This document shows positions 13,531-26,383 of a stretch of 64,000 nucleotides of DNA, in pieces (position 1 is the stretch's first letter; the number at the start of each line of letters is the position of its first letter). The DNA comes from Mobula hypostoma (Eukaryota). The position numbers and the translations under genes were made by a program. Below the pieces are notes generated by a model. The model was given only the letters and a program-made list of their open reading frames with translations, did no database searches and was not told the origin of the DNA. The stretch spans positions 6,882,001 to 6,946,000 of the forward strand of contig NC_086097.1 in NCBI RefSeq assembly GCF_963921235.1. The letters run 5' to 3'.

Positions 13531-14127
13531 TCACAAACAAGAGAAAATCTGCAGATGCTGGAAACCTGAGCAATACACAGAAAACGCTGGAGGAGCTCAG
13601 CAGGCCAGGTGACTTCGTTGGAAAAAAGTACAGTCGGAGTTTCGGGTTGAAACCCTTCTGCAGGACTGGAGAGAAAAAGCTGAGGAGTAGATTTGAAAGG
13701 TGGGGAGAGGGGAGAGACAAACACCAGTGAAACCTGGACGGGGATGGATGAAGCGAAGAGCTAGGAAGTTGATTAGTGAAAGAAACATAAGTTATGGAAG
13801 AAAGAAAAAAGGGAGGGGGGAGCACCAGAGGGAGGCGATGGGTGGGCAAAAAGATAACAGGAGAGAGGGAAAAGGGGATGGGAGATGATGAAGGGGTGGT
13901 GTAGGCCAGTAATGCTCCCATTTCATTTCCCATATCCTTTTCCCTCATGTTATCTTCTTGCCCGCCCATTGCCTCTCTCTGGTGCTTCACTCTCCCCTCG
14001 TCCCACCTTTCAAATCTACTCCTCAGCTTTTTTTCTCCAATCCTGCCGCTGGGTTTCAGCCCGAAACATCGACTATGCTTTTTTCCATTGACGTTGCCTG
14101 GCCTACTGAGTTCCTCCAGCATTATGT
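13531..14127. mobile_element. Palindromic PLE insertion (two inverted pseudo-LTRs)
   Basis: The - arm (13531-13885) and + arm (about 13910-14127) are reverse complements. Flanking duplication atattgtac at 13518-13526 and 14128-14136. Confidence 0.85.
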
Positions 14128-14329
14128 ATATTGTACTTCATATTTTTTTAATGACACGGCATCACCCTTCTGTTTGTGAATGGATAATACATTTTTTCAT
14201 ATGTGTCACTTCACCGATATTGTTGGGAAGCAGCCATGCAGTCTTTTATTCGGGATCAGTTGCTTCACTTCATGCAAGATGGAGCACGAGGCTGGCCTTT
14301 TCCAAGGGGACACTGTCATGTGACAAATC

Positions 14330-14720
14330 ATAAACACAAGAGATTCTGCAGATGCTCTGGAAATCCAAAGCAACACACACAAAATGCTGGAGGAACTCAA
14401 CAGGTCAGGCAGCATCGAGGAAAATGAATAAACAGTTGACCTTTCAGGCCGGGACCCTTCATCATCACTGGAAATGAAGGGGGAAGGTTCTAGAATATAT
14501 AGGTGGGGGATGGGGAAGGAAGATACTGGAAGTTGATAGATGAAGCCAGATGGGTAGGGGAAGGAAGATTAAGGAAGAAGCTGGGAGACAACAAGTGGAA
14601 AAGGTAAAGGGCTGAAGAAGAATGAATTTAGTAGGAGAGGAGAGTGGACTACGAGAGGAAGGGAAAGAGGAGAGACACCAAGGAGAGGTGATAGGTACGT
14701 GAAAAGGGGTAAGAGGCCAA
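14330..14720 (-). mobile_element. PLE pseudo-LTR
   Basis: aaacacaagagattctgcagatgc tail, degenerate hammerhead at about 14433-14470, purine-rich body. Confidence 0.8.
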
Positions 14721-14849
14721 CCTATAATTGTTGCTGATGTTGGATGAATGGTAAAATCTGAGGAAGCATATGATCTGAAGAGAATTTGGGAAGCTATTCT
14801 CCTCAATATGAGGACTGCATGGACCTGTTCCCATGTGACAAGATTCAGG

Positions 14850-15650
14850 ATTACAGATTGTTAATGTCATTTACAGTTCACAAGTGTAAAGGAGAACAAA
14901 ATAATTGTTCCTCCGATCTGGTGCTGCACAAAAAACACAATAAATATAAATACATAAGAAAACTTGTATCAGTAGATTGATTGTATGTCCATTGAGTGAC
15001 AATAGATACAAGAGTGTCTGTACCTAAGGTGACTCTCACAGGAAATGATAAGGCTGTGGTGGTTGGGGGTGTAGAGGGGTGGGTTAGTGGGTGGAGGTGT
15101 TGATCAGCCTTACTGTTTGGGTAAAGTAACAGTTTTTGATTCTGGTGTTCCTAGGCAGTCAAGAATCATCAATATTGACATTTCTGGAGCCTCATTTGGG
15201 CCAGACTAGATAAGAATAGCAAATTTTCTTCACAGCATTTTTTTCCCTTTTCCCCTTCTCATGATCTCCTCCAAGATTAATTAATGTCATTTCCAGCACA
15301 CAAGGGTAAAGGAGAATGAAATAATTGTTACTCTGGACCTGATGCAGCACAAAAAAACACAGTAAGTAAAGAACACAATAATAAAAAACACAATAAATAT
15401 AAACACATAAGATAGCTTATATATATAGATTGATTTTATGTCCATAAAATGATGCTAGACACAGGAGTATCTGTTCATAAGGGATCTGACAGGAAATGAT
15501 AAAGTAGTGCTGGTTGGGTTTCGGTGGGATGGGTTAATGGATTGAGGTGTTGATCAGCCTTACTACTTGAGGAAAGTAACTGTTTTTCAGTCTGTTGGTC
15601 CTGGCGTAGATGCTGCATCGCCTCCTCCCTGATGGGAGTGGGGCAGACAG
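14850..15650 (-). repeat. Two adjacent copies of a Rex1-tail-type SINE-like repeat (14850-15150 and 15275-15650)
   Basis: Both begin ttaatgtcattt...aaggagaa...aataattgtt and share gaggtgttgatcagccttact. Confidence 0.7.
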
Positions 15651-15855
15651 TCCATGAGGCCAGTTCATTGGCTATGTTTAAGAGGGAGTTAGATATGGCC
15701 CTTGTGGCTACAGGGGTCAGGGGGTATGGAGGGAAGGCTGGGGCGGAGTTCTGAGTTGGATGATCAGCCATGATCATAATAAATGGCGGTGCAGGCTCGA
15801 AGGGCCGAATGGCCTACTCCTGCACCTATTTTCTATGTTTCTATGTTCCTATGTT
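15651..15855 (+). mobile_element. CR1 3' end, same young subfamily as 29075-30300
   Basis: Near-identical to the reverse complement of 29075-29265, with a (ttctatgt)n tail. Confidence 0.9.
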
Positions 15856-17437
15856 ACTGGCTCTTTTGGAGCACCATTCTATATATATGTCCTTGATGGC
15901 GGATAGGCTAATTTGTAGATGAAAGACCTCCAATTAATTGTTACTAATATGTAGGCAACTGGTTAAAGCTGAAGTGAACTGAAGGGAATATGGGAAAGTA
16001 TCCTCATCAATATGAGGACTTGACGGACCTGTTTCTAATCATAGAGTTATAGCGAAGTACAACACAGAAACAGGTCCATCAGACCATCTAGTCCATAGAG
16101 AAACCATTTAAACTGCCTACTCCCATTGGCGTGCACTGGGACCATAGCTCTGCATATCCCTAATGTCCATATACCTATCCAAACTTCTCTTAAACATTGA
16201 AGTTGACCTTTCATGCACCACATGTGCTGGCAGCTCATTCCATGCTCTCATGACACTTGGAGTGAAGAAGTTTCCCCTCACGTTTCCCTTAAGCTTTTCA
16301 TCATTCACCCTTAACTCATGTCCACTGGTTGTACTCCCACCCAACCTCAGTGGAAAAAGTCTATCTATACCCCTCATAATTTTCTAACCCCCTACCAAAT
16401 CACCTCTCAGTCTTCTACATTGTATAGAACACTGTCCTAACATATTCAAACTTTCCTTATAATTCAGGTCCTCCAGACCAGGCAACATCCTTGTAACTCT
16501 TTCAACCTTATTTACATCTTTCCTATAGGTAGGTGACCAAAACTGCTCACAGTCCTCCAAATTAAGTCTCACCAATATCTGATACCAATTCAACATAACA
16601 TCCTGTCTCCTGTATTCAGTACTTTGATTTATGAAAGCCAATCTGCCAAAGCTTTCCTTATGACCCCATCTAGCTGTGACACTACTTTCAATGAACTATG
16701 GACCTGTATTCCCAGATCTCTTTTTTCTACACACTCCTCAGTGCCCTACCATTCCTTACGTAAGATCTACCCTGATTGGTCCTACTGACTTGCAAAACCT
16801 CGCACTTGTCTGCATTAAATTCCATCTGCCATTTTTCATCCCATTTTTCCAGCTGATGCAGATCCCTCTGCAAGCCATGATAGCCTTCCTCATTGTCCAC
16901 TACACCCTCAATCTTGGTATCATCCACAAATTTGCTGATCCAGTAATCACATTATCATCCGAATCATTGATATCGATGACAAACACCAAAAAACCCAGTG
17001 CCAATCCCTGCAGCACACCACCAGTCACAGGCATCCAGTCAGAGAGGCAGCCCTCTACTACCACTCTCTGGCTTCTCCCACAGAGCCAATGTCTAATCCA
17101 ATTTACTATCTCATCCTGAATGCTAAGTGACTGAATGTTCTTCACTGGCTCCCGTGAGGAATCTTGTCAAATGCCATACTAAAGTTCATGTAGGCGATAT
17201 CCACTGCCTTGCCTTCATCCACTTTCCTGGTAGCTTCCTCAAAAAACTCTGTAGGATTGGTTAGACATGACCTACCATGCACAAAGCCATACTAACTATT
17301 TATAATCAGTCCATTGTTATCAAAATACTTATATTTGGTCCCTTAGAATACCTACTGATAACTTTCCCACTACTGGTGTCAAACTCACCAGTCTATAATT
17401 TCCTGGTTTATGTTTAGAGCCTTTTTTAAACAGCAGG

Positions 17438-18293
17438 TGTTACGTACCCCGTAACTGGGTTGCCAAACCAGCAGAAATGGATCACTCAGTTGGAGTCTGG
17501 AGTACTAGAACTAAGAAAGTTTTATTAAAGAAACAAGCAACACAGTAATCGAAAGGATAATAAATGCAACAGTTCAACAATGATAACCACACATGTGCAC
17601 AGAATTAAGGTAACAGCATCAATCAAGCTCTATCGTTGTCTAGGGGGTAAATGACCAAATTTCAAAATGACTCAAAGTTCAGTCCAGTTCAGTTCGCAGT
17701 AATCGTTGCCATGGCGAGGGACAACGTGGGAGGAGAGAGAGAGAGAACAGGAACAACTGATCATTCAGAACACTGCTTCACTCACAGACCAGCGAGATTG
17801 CTCACAAGCAACTTTTGGGCAGGTCCTTGGTGATGTCACCTGAGGTCACCGACTGTGACCCCTCCTCCAGATGCGGTCGATCCTCTGCAGTGAGCCCGGC
17901 ACCCAGGCAAGGGCGGACACACACTGGGTTCCCGCTGATCGTACCTTTCCACCCTGGCCGTTGTCTGATACTTCTCACCCACTCGTGAGAGGCGCACCGC
18001 TTCCAGGGTCTCGTTACCTCGGGTGGCGTGTGTGTCTGTCTTAGCGAACCCGTCCCTTTTTATCCTCCTGCTGGGGTATCGCCTGTCCATCACTTCAAAC
18101 AGCTCAGGGTTCAAAGGGGGGGGCCGCTCCAGACAGCTCTCTCTCCCACGTCCCTTCATTACACATCTCCAGACGCTGCTCCATTGTTCCTTATCTCTCC
18201 TTCCCCTGAGGGCAGGTGGCAGACCAACTGCTGATGTCACTGATGCTAACCCAGGCCAGCAAACATCTTAATTTTATGTGTATTCTCATAACA
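17438..18293 (-). mobile_element. Solo LTR (856 bp)
   Basis: Ends tgttacg...cataaca, 4-bp TSD cagg (17434-17437 / 18294-18297), AATAAA on the - strand at about 17521. Homologous to 31983-32996. Confidence 0.92.
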
Positions 18294-18768
18294 CAGGACA
18301 CATTGGCTATCGTCCAATCCTCTGGTACCTCTCTTGTAGCTAAGGATGTTTTAAACATCTCTGCTAGAGACCCAGCAAATTCAGTACTTGCCTCTGATAC
18401 GTGTGAGGGAGCACCTTGTCAGGCCCTGGGGAATTTTTCTTCCCTGATGTGCCTCAGTGTAACAAACACCTCTTCCTCTGTAATCTGTATAGGGGCCATG
18501 AAGTTGATGCCACTTAACCTCACCTCTATAGACTATAAATTTAGATAGATACAAAGAATGTATTTAAAATCTCCTCCATCTGTTCTGGCTCTGCACAGTG
18601 AGGTGTTCCACAGGACCAATTTTGTCCTTTGCAATCGTTTTGCTTTTAACATACTGGTAGAATCCCTTAGGATTCTCATTGATCTGGTCTGCGAGAGGAA
18701 TGATGCATTTTTTTAGCCTTCCTGATTTCTTTCTTGTACTCTATAGCACCTCATTTGTTCCTACCTGC

Positions 18769-19299
18769 CTACAGCTCAGATCGCAAGACCCTGCCGCGGA
18801 TATTGAGGTCAGCTGAAAAGATCATCAGAGTCTCTCTTCCCGCCATCACAGACATTTACACCACACGCTGCCTCCATAAAGCAAACAGCATTGTGAAGGA
18901 CCCCACGCACCCGTCATACAAACTCTTCACCCTCCTGCCATCTGGCAAAAGGCACAAAGTATTTGGGCTCTCACAACCAGACTGTGTACCAGTTTCTTCC
19001 CCCAAGTCATCAGACTCCTCAATACCCAGAGTGTGGACTGACACCAACCCACTGCCCTCTACTGTGCCTATTGTCTTGTTTATTATTTATTGTAATGCCT
19101 GCACTGTTTTGTGCACTTTATGCAGTCCTGGGTAGGTCTGTAGTCTAGTGTAGCTTTGTGTTGTTTCACGTAGTTCAGTGTAGTTTTTGTATTGTTCATG
19201 TAGCACAATGGTCCTGAAAAATGTTGTCTCCTTTTTACTGTGTACTGTACCAGCTGTTACGGTCAAAATGACAATAAAAAGTGACTTGACTTGGCTTGA
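18769..19299 (+). mobile_element. Rex1/Babar-like LINE 3' fragment
   Basis: Translates DRKTLPRILRSAEKII...SIVKDPTHPSYKLFTLLPSGKR. Tail (gactt)n. TSD tacctgc at 18762-18768 and 19300-19306. Confidence 0.85.
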
Positions 19300-20019
19300 T
19301 ACCTGCTATCCTCCTCATTTTTTTTTCTTTTAACAAGGGCCTCAATATCTCTTGAAAACCAAGGTTCCCTATACTTGTTAACTTTACTTTTATTCTGATA
19401 GGAACATACAATCTTCGTGCTCTGAAAATTTTGGTTTTGAAGTCCTCTCACTTTCCAAGTACACCTTTTCCAGAAGACAGCCTGCCCAATCCCCAATTAC
19501 CAGATCATTTCTCACACCATCAAAATTGGCCTTTCTCTAATTTAGAATCTGTAAATTTCAGGAAGTATATATCTATCTACCTATAAATATATATGAAATA
19601 TTTAAATTAAGTAAATTGTTCAAAAAAAAGTAGTGAGCCAGTGCTCATGGTTTCAATGCCCATTCAGAAATTTGATGTCAGAAGGGAGGAAGCTGTTCCT
19701 GAAATGTTGAGTGTGTGTCTTCTGGCTCCTGTACCTCCCCCTGATGGAAGCAATGAGAGGAGGGAATGTCCTGTGAGATGGGAGCCCTTAATGATGGATA
19801 CCATCTTTTTGAGGCATCACTCCCTGAAGATGTCCTGCATGCCTCAGAGGCCAGTGCCCACGATGAAGCTGAATGAGTTCACAACTTTCTGCGGCTTCTT
19901 TTGATCCTGTGCATGAGCCCCATACAAGACGGTGATGCAGCCAATTAGAATGCCCTTCACAGTACATTTGTAGAAATTTGCAAGTTGTCTTTGGTAACCT
20001 GGGCTTGTTGATGCAAAGC

Positions 20020-20520
20020 CATTCCACCAGTACTTGTGCTTGTTGATACAAAACGTTCAGAGAAGCAAACGTATTGCAACACTTTACATGGAGTGCCATT
20101 GATCTATAAGGCCTCAGTTATTGCAGGGACCAGACCCCCAGGCCACAGTGTCATCTGTTGCAGCCACCCAGGGAAGGAGATACCAGAGCCAGGGTGGGTA
20201 GAGCTGGAATCCACGCTGGGTTGGGGACTGGCCCCACCCCCACCGGTGCTGCTCTTCAGTGTTCACTCAGTGAAAGATGAGTTGGATTGCATTTATCTGC
20301 ATCTGTACAAGCACATGATGAAGACTATTGGACCACGAATCAACAGGCCATGCCACTCAGCGACATGGGATCAATTTTTTTGTGATGTATGCTTCTCTGC
20401 TATCATAACTCTATGCGCTGTGAGCTGTGCGTGCTTCTGGTATTGTCCAGACGAACGTTATTTCATTTGGCTGTATTCACGCGTATGGTTGACTGACAAT
20501 TAAAACTGAACTTGAGCTTG
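20020..20520 (+). mobile_element. Internally deleted Rex1-like non-autonomous element
   Basis: Contains an endonuclease N-terminal remnant (PPPVLLFSVHSVKDELDCIYL) joined to a gacaattaaaactgaacttga tail. A similar copy lies at 45680-46105. Confidence 0.55.
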
Positions 20521-22321
20521 AGGTTACCTCAGTTCATGAATTTTTTTTAATTATTATATGTATTGAGATACATCACAGAAGAGGCCCTCGTGATCCTTTG
20601 ATCCACACTGCCCAGCAATCCCCCGATCCAATCCTAGCCTAATCACAGGACAATTTACAATGACCAATTAACCTACTAAGCTGTACATATTTGGTATATG
20701 GGAAGAAACTGTAGCACCCATGATGAATCCCACGGGGTCACAGGGAGAACATACAAATGCCTTACAGGCAGCTGCAGGATGCTGCAAATCAAATGCATTG
20801 TAAGGTTTCTGTTGACGAATTGAAGTAATCCCTTTAACTAATGAAGCAGTTTCCTGAACAAGGCTAAAATCACAGAACCTTCAGCAATATATCATTCTTC
20901 GGTAAGGAACTCAAAAGATGTTCCCTTAGCACTATTTAATGTTGTACAAATGCTGCAATTAGTCATCCGATTAGATTTAGACATGAGAAGTTAGTCTGTA
21001 CACATGATGTAATTTGCTAGCTATTTAGAATGTTGTTGCCAATTTCCAGTGAAGATTTCACAGGCTGGATTTTGTGGGAGTTTTCTTACACCTTGTAATA
21101 CTCAATTCCCATCACCCTGTGAACTTGCCCTTTGTCCGCACTGACATCTTGAGGCCGGATACTTCCTATCGGCTTCAGAGACGACCTACCATGGCCATTC
21201 CAAGTTCAAAGTTCAAAATAAATCTATCATCAAACTTCCCCTTCCTGAAGTCCACAATCAATTCCTTGGTCTTATTGATGTTGAGTGCAATGTTGTTGTT
21301 ACGAGATCACTCAACCAGCTGATCTGTCTTACTTGTGTATGTGTCTTCGTCACCATCTGAAACTCTGCCAACAATAGTTGTGTCATTGGCAACTTTATAG
21401 ATGACATTTGAGTTGTGCCTAGTGTGTGGACAAAAGTAGACAATTAATGACCACTAATTTAAAAATAATTAATTAATAACTTTCTTTTAAAATACAATAA
21501 ATTGGCATGAACTTATAAAACATTCTAATTAATTAAAGTAAGTTAAACAAAAGAAGCCTATCTTCACTGAATCACGAAAGATCTGCAGACACTGGAAATC
21601 TTGAACAACACTCACAAAGTGTTGGAGGGACTCGGCATGTCAGGCAGCATCCAGGAGGGGGGAGGGGAATAAACATTTAATATTTCAGTCTGAGACCCTT
21701 CATTAGTACTGGAAAGGAAGTAGGCAGATACCAGAATATGCTAAGAGAAAAGATTATTATCTTCACTTCATCATCTTTGCTTCCAACTTGCATCCTGCTG
21801 TCAAATTTGCTTGGTGAATCTCTGTGATCTCTTTCCCTTTTCTCAATCTCTCTGCTTTCATCTCTGGAGACTGACATCTTTTGGAAACCTACTCACTCTC
21901 TCAGTTATCTTGACTATACTTTTACCAACTCTGGCACTTGTAAAATTGCTATTCCATTGTCTTAGTTCCTCTCTTTTAACCACATCTGTTCACAGGATGA
22001 GACTTTCCATTTTAGAATATCTGAGATGCCCTTTTTTTAAAGAACTGGATTTTGAAGTTGGCTGTTGTGTCTGTGCACAACTACATATTGATTAAATAAA
22101 AGCACACACGCGAGAAGTGATTTAGCTGGTGTATTTACCTTGCAGTGAGAGAGAAAGAACAATGTGCATGCATAGACAACAGATCAATACGTAGCAGTAA
22201 GAGGGAGTCATTGTTGTAAAAGAAATAGACCATAAGACCATAAGACAAAGGAGCAGAAGTAGGCCATTCGGCCCATCGAGTCTGCTCCGCCATTTTATCA
22301 TGAGCCGATCCATTCTCCTAT

Positions 22322-25240
22322 TTAGTCCCACTTCCCCGCCTTCTCACCATAATCTTTGATGCCCTGGCTACTCAGATACCTATCAATCTCTGCCTTAAAT
22401 ACACCCAATGACTTGGCCTCCACTGCTCCCCGTGGCAACAAATTCCATAGATTCACCACCCTCTGACTAAAAAAATTTCTTCGTATTTCTGTTCTGAAAG
22501 GGCGCCCTTCAATCCTTAAGTCATGCCCTCTCGTACTAAACTCCCCCATCATGGGAAACAACTTTGCCACATCCACTCTGTCCACGCCTTTTATCATTCG
22601 AAATGTTTCTATGAGGTCTCCCCTCATTCTTCTACACTCCAAGGAATACAGTCCAATAGCGGACAAATGTTCCTCATATGTTAACCCCCTCATTCCCGGA
22701 ATCATTCTAGTGAATCTTCTCTGTACCCTCTCCAACATCAGCACATCCTTTCTTAAATAAGGAGACCAAAACTGCCCACAGTACTCAAAGTGAGGTCTCA
22801 CCAGCGCCTTATAGATCCTCAACATCACATCCCTGCTCCTATACTCTATTCCTCTAGAAATGAATGCCAGCACTGCATTCGCCTTCTTCACTACCGACTC
22901 AACCTGAAGGTTAACTTTAAGGGTATCCTGTACGAGGACTCCCAAGTCCCGTTGCATCTCAGAACTTTGAATTTTTTCCCCATTTAAATAATAGTCTGCC
23001 TGTTTATTTTTTCTGCCAAAGTGCATAACCATACACTTTCCAACATTGTACTTCATTTACCACTTCTCTGCCCATTCTACCAATCTATCCAAGTCTCTCT
23101 GCAGACTCTCCGTTTCCTCAGCACTACCGGCCCCTCCACCTATCTTCGTATCGTCAGCAAACTTAGCCACAAAGCCATCTATTCCATAATCCAAATCATT
23201 GATGTGCAATGTAAAAAGAAGTGGCCCCAACACAGACCTCTGTGGAACACCACTGGTAACCGGCAGCCAACCAGAATAGGATCCCTTTATTCCCACTCTC
23301 TGTTTCCTGCCAATCAGCCAACGCTCTATCCACGTATGTAACTTTCCTGTAATTCCATGAGCTCTTATCTTGTTAAGTATCCTCATGTGTGGCACCTTGT
23401 CAAAGGCCTTCTGAAAATCCAAATATACAACATCCACTGCATCTCCCTTGTCTAGCCTACTGGTAATTTCCTCAAAAAATTGTAATAGGTTTGTCAGGCA
23501 GGATTTTCCTTTAAGGAATCCATGCTGAGTTCTGCCTATCTTGTCATATGCCTCCAGGTACTCCGTAACCTCATCCTGGACAATCGACTCCAACAACTTC
23601 CCAACCACCGATGTCAAGCTAACAGGTCTATAATTTCCTTTTTGCTTCCTTGTCCACTTCTTAAATAGCAGAGTGACATTTGCAATCTTCCAGTCTTCCG
23701 GAACCATGCCAGAATCTATCGACTTTTGAAAGATCATCGCTAATGCCTCCGCAATCTCCACAGCTACTTTCTTCAGAATACGAGGGTGCATTCCATCTGG
23801 TCCAGGAGATTTATCTACCCTTAGCCTATTCAGCTTCCTGAGTACTTTCTCTGTCGTAATTGTGACTGCGCACACTTCTCTTCCCTGCCATCCTTGAGTG
23901 TCCGGAATACTGCTGATGTCTTCCTCAGTGAAGACTGATGCAAAATACTCGTTCAGTTACTCTGCCATCTCCTTATCTCCCATTACAATTTCTCCAGCAT
24001 CATTTTCTATTGGTCCTATATCTACTCTCACCTGTCTTTTACTCTTTATATACTTGAAAAAGCTTTTAGTATTCTCTTTGATATTATTTGCTAGCTTCCT
24101 TTCATAGTTAATCTTTTCTCTCTTAATGAACTTCTTGGTTTCCTTTTGTAAGGTTTTAAAAACTTCCCAATCCTCTGCCTTCCCACTAATTTTTGCTTCC
24201 TTGTATGCCCTCTCCTTTGCTTTAACTTTGGCTTTGACTTCTCTTGTCAGCCACGGTTGCATCCTTTTTCCATTCGAAAATTTCTTCTTTTTTGGAATAT
24301 ACCTGTCTTGCACCTTTCTCACTTCTCGCATAAACTCCAACCACTGCTGCTCTGCCGTCTTTCCTGCCAGTGTCCCTTTCCAGTCAACTTTGGGCAGTTC
24401 CTCTCTCATGCCACTGTAATTTCCTTTGCTCCACTGAAATACCAACACATCAGATTTCAGCTTCTCTTTTTCAAGTGTCACAGTGAACTCAATCATGTTA
24501 TGATCACTGTCTCCTAAGGGTTCCTTCACCACAATCTCTCTAATCACCTCTGGTTCATTACACAATACCCAATCCAGTACAGCTGATCCCCTAGTGGGCT
24601 CAACAACAAGCTGTTCTAAAAAGCCATCTCGCAGACATTCTACAAATTCTCTCTCTTGAGATCCAGTGCTGACCTGATTTTCCTAATCTACTCGCATGTT
24701 AAAATCCCCCACAATTATCATAACACTGCCCTTCTGACAAGCCTTTTCTATTCCCTGTTGTAATTTGTAGTCCACATCACTGCAGCTGTTTGGAGGCCTA
24801 TAAATAACTGCCATCAGGGTCCTTTAACCCCTGCTATTTCTTAGCTCAACCCATAAAGATTCTGCACCTTCCGATCCTATATCACCTCTTTCTAATGATT
24901 CAATATCATTTCTTACCAATAAAGCCACGCCTCCCCCTCTGACTACCTTCCTATCCTTCCGATACACCGTGTATCCTCAGATGTTCAGCTCTCGGAGACA
25001 TGCATCCTTTAGCCAGGTCTCAGTGATGGCCACAATATCATACATGCCAATCTGTAGCTGTACAACAAGATCATCCACCTTATTCCTTATGTTGCGTGCA
25101 TTTAAGTACAACACCTTAAGACCAGTATTTGATACATTTTGCTTTGATTTCACTGCAACTTTATTGCACTGCAACTCATCCCAATGGCTACAAATTTGCC
25201 CCATCACCTGCCTGTCTTTCCTGACATCTTTACTGCTCAC
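22322..25240 (-). pseudogene. CR1 ORF2 (AP endonuclease and RT), few lesions
   Basis: KVLYLNARNIRNK, AITETWL, GDSDHN, KSPGPDG, KFADD, PYLRKD in ORFs 24977..25240, 23957..24565, 23057..23875 and 22322..23056. Confidence 0.93.
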
Positions 25241-25308
25241 TATCTTAGATTTATTTCTGTTTTCCCCTTCCTCCGCTCTATCATTCCAGTTCCCATCCCC
25301 CTGTCAAA

Positions 25309-26243
25309 TTAGTTTAAACCCTCCCTAACAGCTCTATTAAACCTTCCCACAAGGATATTGGTCCCCTTTGGGTTCAGGTGTAACCTGTCCTTTTTGAACA
25401 GGTCATACTTCCCCCAGAAGAGATCCCAATTGTCCAAGAATCTGAAGCCCTGCCCCCTACACCAGTCTCTCAGCCACGCATTCATCTGCCTGATCCGACT
25501 ACTCTTGCCCTCGCTAGCACGTGGCACAGGTAGCAATCCCGAGATTACTACCCTGGAGGTCCTGCTTCTCGCTTCCTTCCTAACTCCTGGAAATCTCTCT
25601 TCAGGACCTCCTCCTTTGTCCTCTCTATGTCATTGGCACCAACATGTACCAAGACAACTGGCTGCTCGCCCTCCCCCTTTAGAATATTCAGGACCCGATC
25701 CAAGACATCCCGTACCCTGGCACCTGGGAGGCAACACCCCATGCGGGTATCTCTGTCAGGCTCACAGAATCTCCTGTCTGTTCCCCTGACTATAGAATCC
25801 CCTACGACTACTGCATTTCTCTTCTCCCTCCTTCTCTCCCTCACAACAGCGCCAGGCTCAGTGCCAGAGACCCAGTCACCGTCGGCGTCCCCTGTCAGGT
25901 CATCCCCCTCAACAGCATCCAGAACAAAATATTTGTTGCTGAGGGGGACAGCCACAGGTGTGATCTCCACTATCCGGGCATTTCCTTTCCCTCTCTTGAC
26001 AGTGACACAGTTTTCTGACTCCTGTAGCCTAGGGATGACTATCTCCCTGTAGCTCCTGTCTATCACCTCTTCACTTTCCCTGATAAGCAGTAGGTCATCA
26101 AGCTGCAGCTCCAGATCCCTAACACGGTCTCTGAGGAGCTGCAACTCGGTGCACCTGGCGCAGATGTGGCCATCAGGGAGGCTGGAGGTCTCCCAGGATT
26201 CCCACATCTGACACCCTGAACAAAGCACTAACCCTGCAGGCAT
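25309..26243 (-). pseudogene. CR1 ORF1 (Zn finger, coiled coil, SGNH esterase), frameshifted
   Basis: CSGC...CARC, VVVGDSIVRG, HVGANDI, DRLHLN motifs across ORFs 25548..26243 and 25309..25536. Confidence 0.9.
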
Positions 26244-26383
26244 GCTATCTAATTCTACAGGAATGAAACAGGAAAAATAAGTCTACTCATCCACTCACCT
26301 CGCCAAACAGATGAACCTCGCCAAATAGATCCATATGTTACAATTCTTCCCCCTTTACATTAATGCAAAAGAAATCTGTATAT

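Larger units (their letters stand above)
16040..19550 (-). mobile_element. CR1 LINE, decayed, interrupted by a solo LTR and a Rex1 fragment
   Basis: ORFs 16117..16377, 16384..16641, 16727..16927, 16900..17145 and 19263..19496 are collinear CR1 ORF2 pieces. Confidence 0.9.
22230..26322 (-). mobile_element. Near full-length CR1 LINE inside the Gypsy 3' LTR
   Basis: ORF1 plus ORF2 pieces, (cttatggt)n tail, TSD aaataga at 22223-22229 and 26323-26329. Confidence 0.96.

Noticed and set aside
13508..14122. 204-aa ORF, and similar ORFs at 49334-50039, 26538-26978 and 58290-58847
   Set aside because: These are read-throughs of low-complexity pLTR or SINE-like sequence.
25309..26243. Captured host lipase/esterase gene
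   Set aside because: An SGNH esterase is a standard part of CR1 ORF1.
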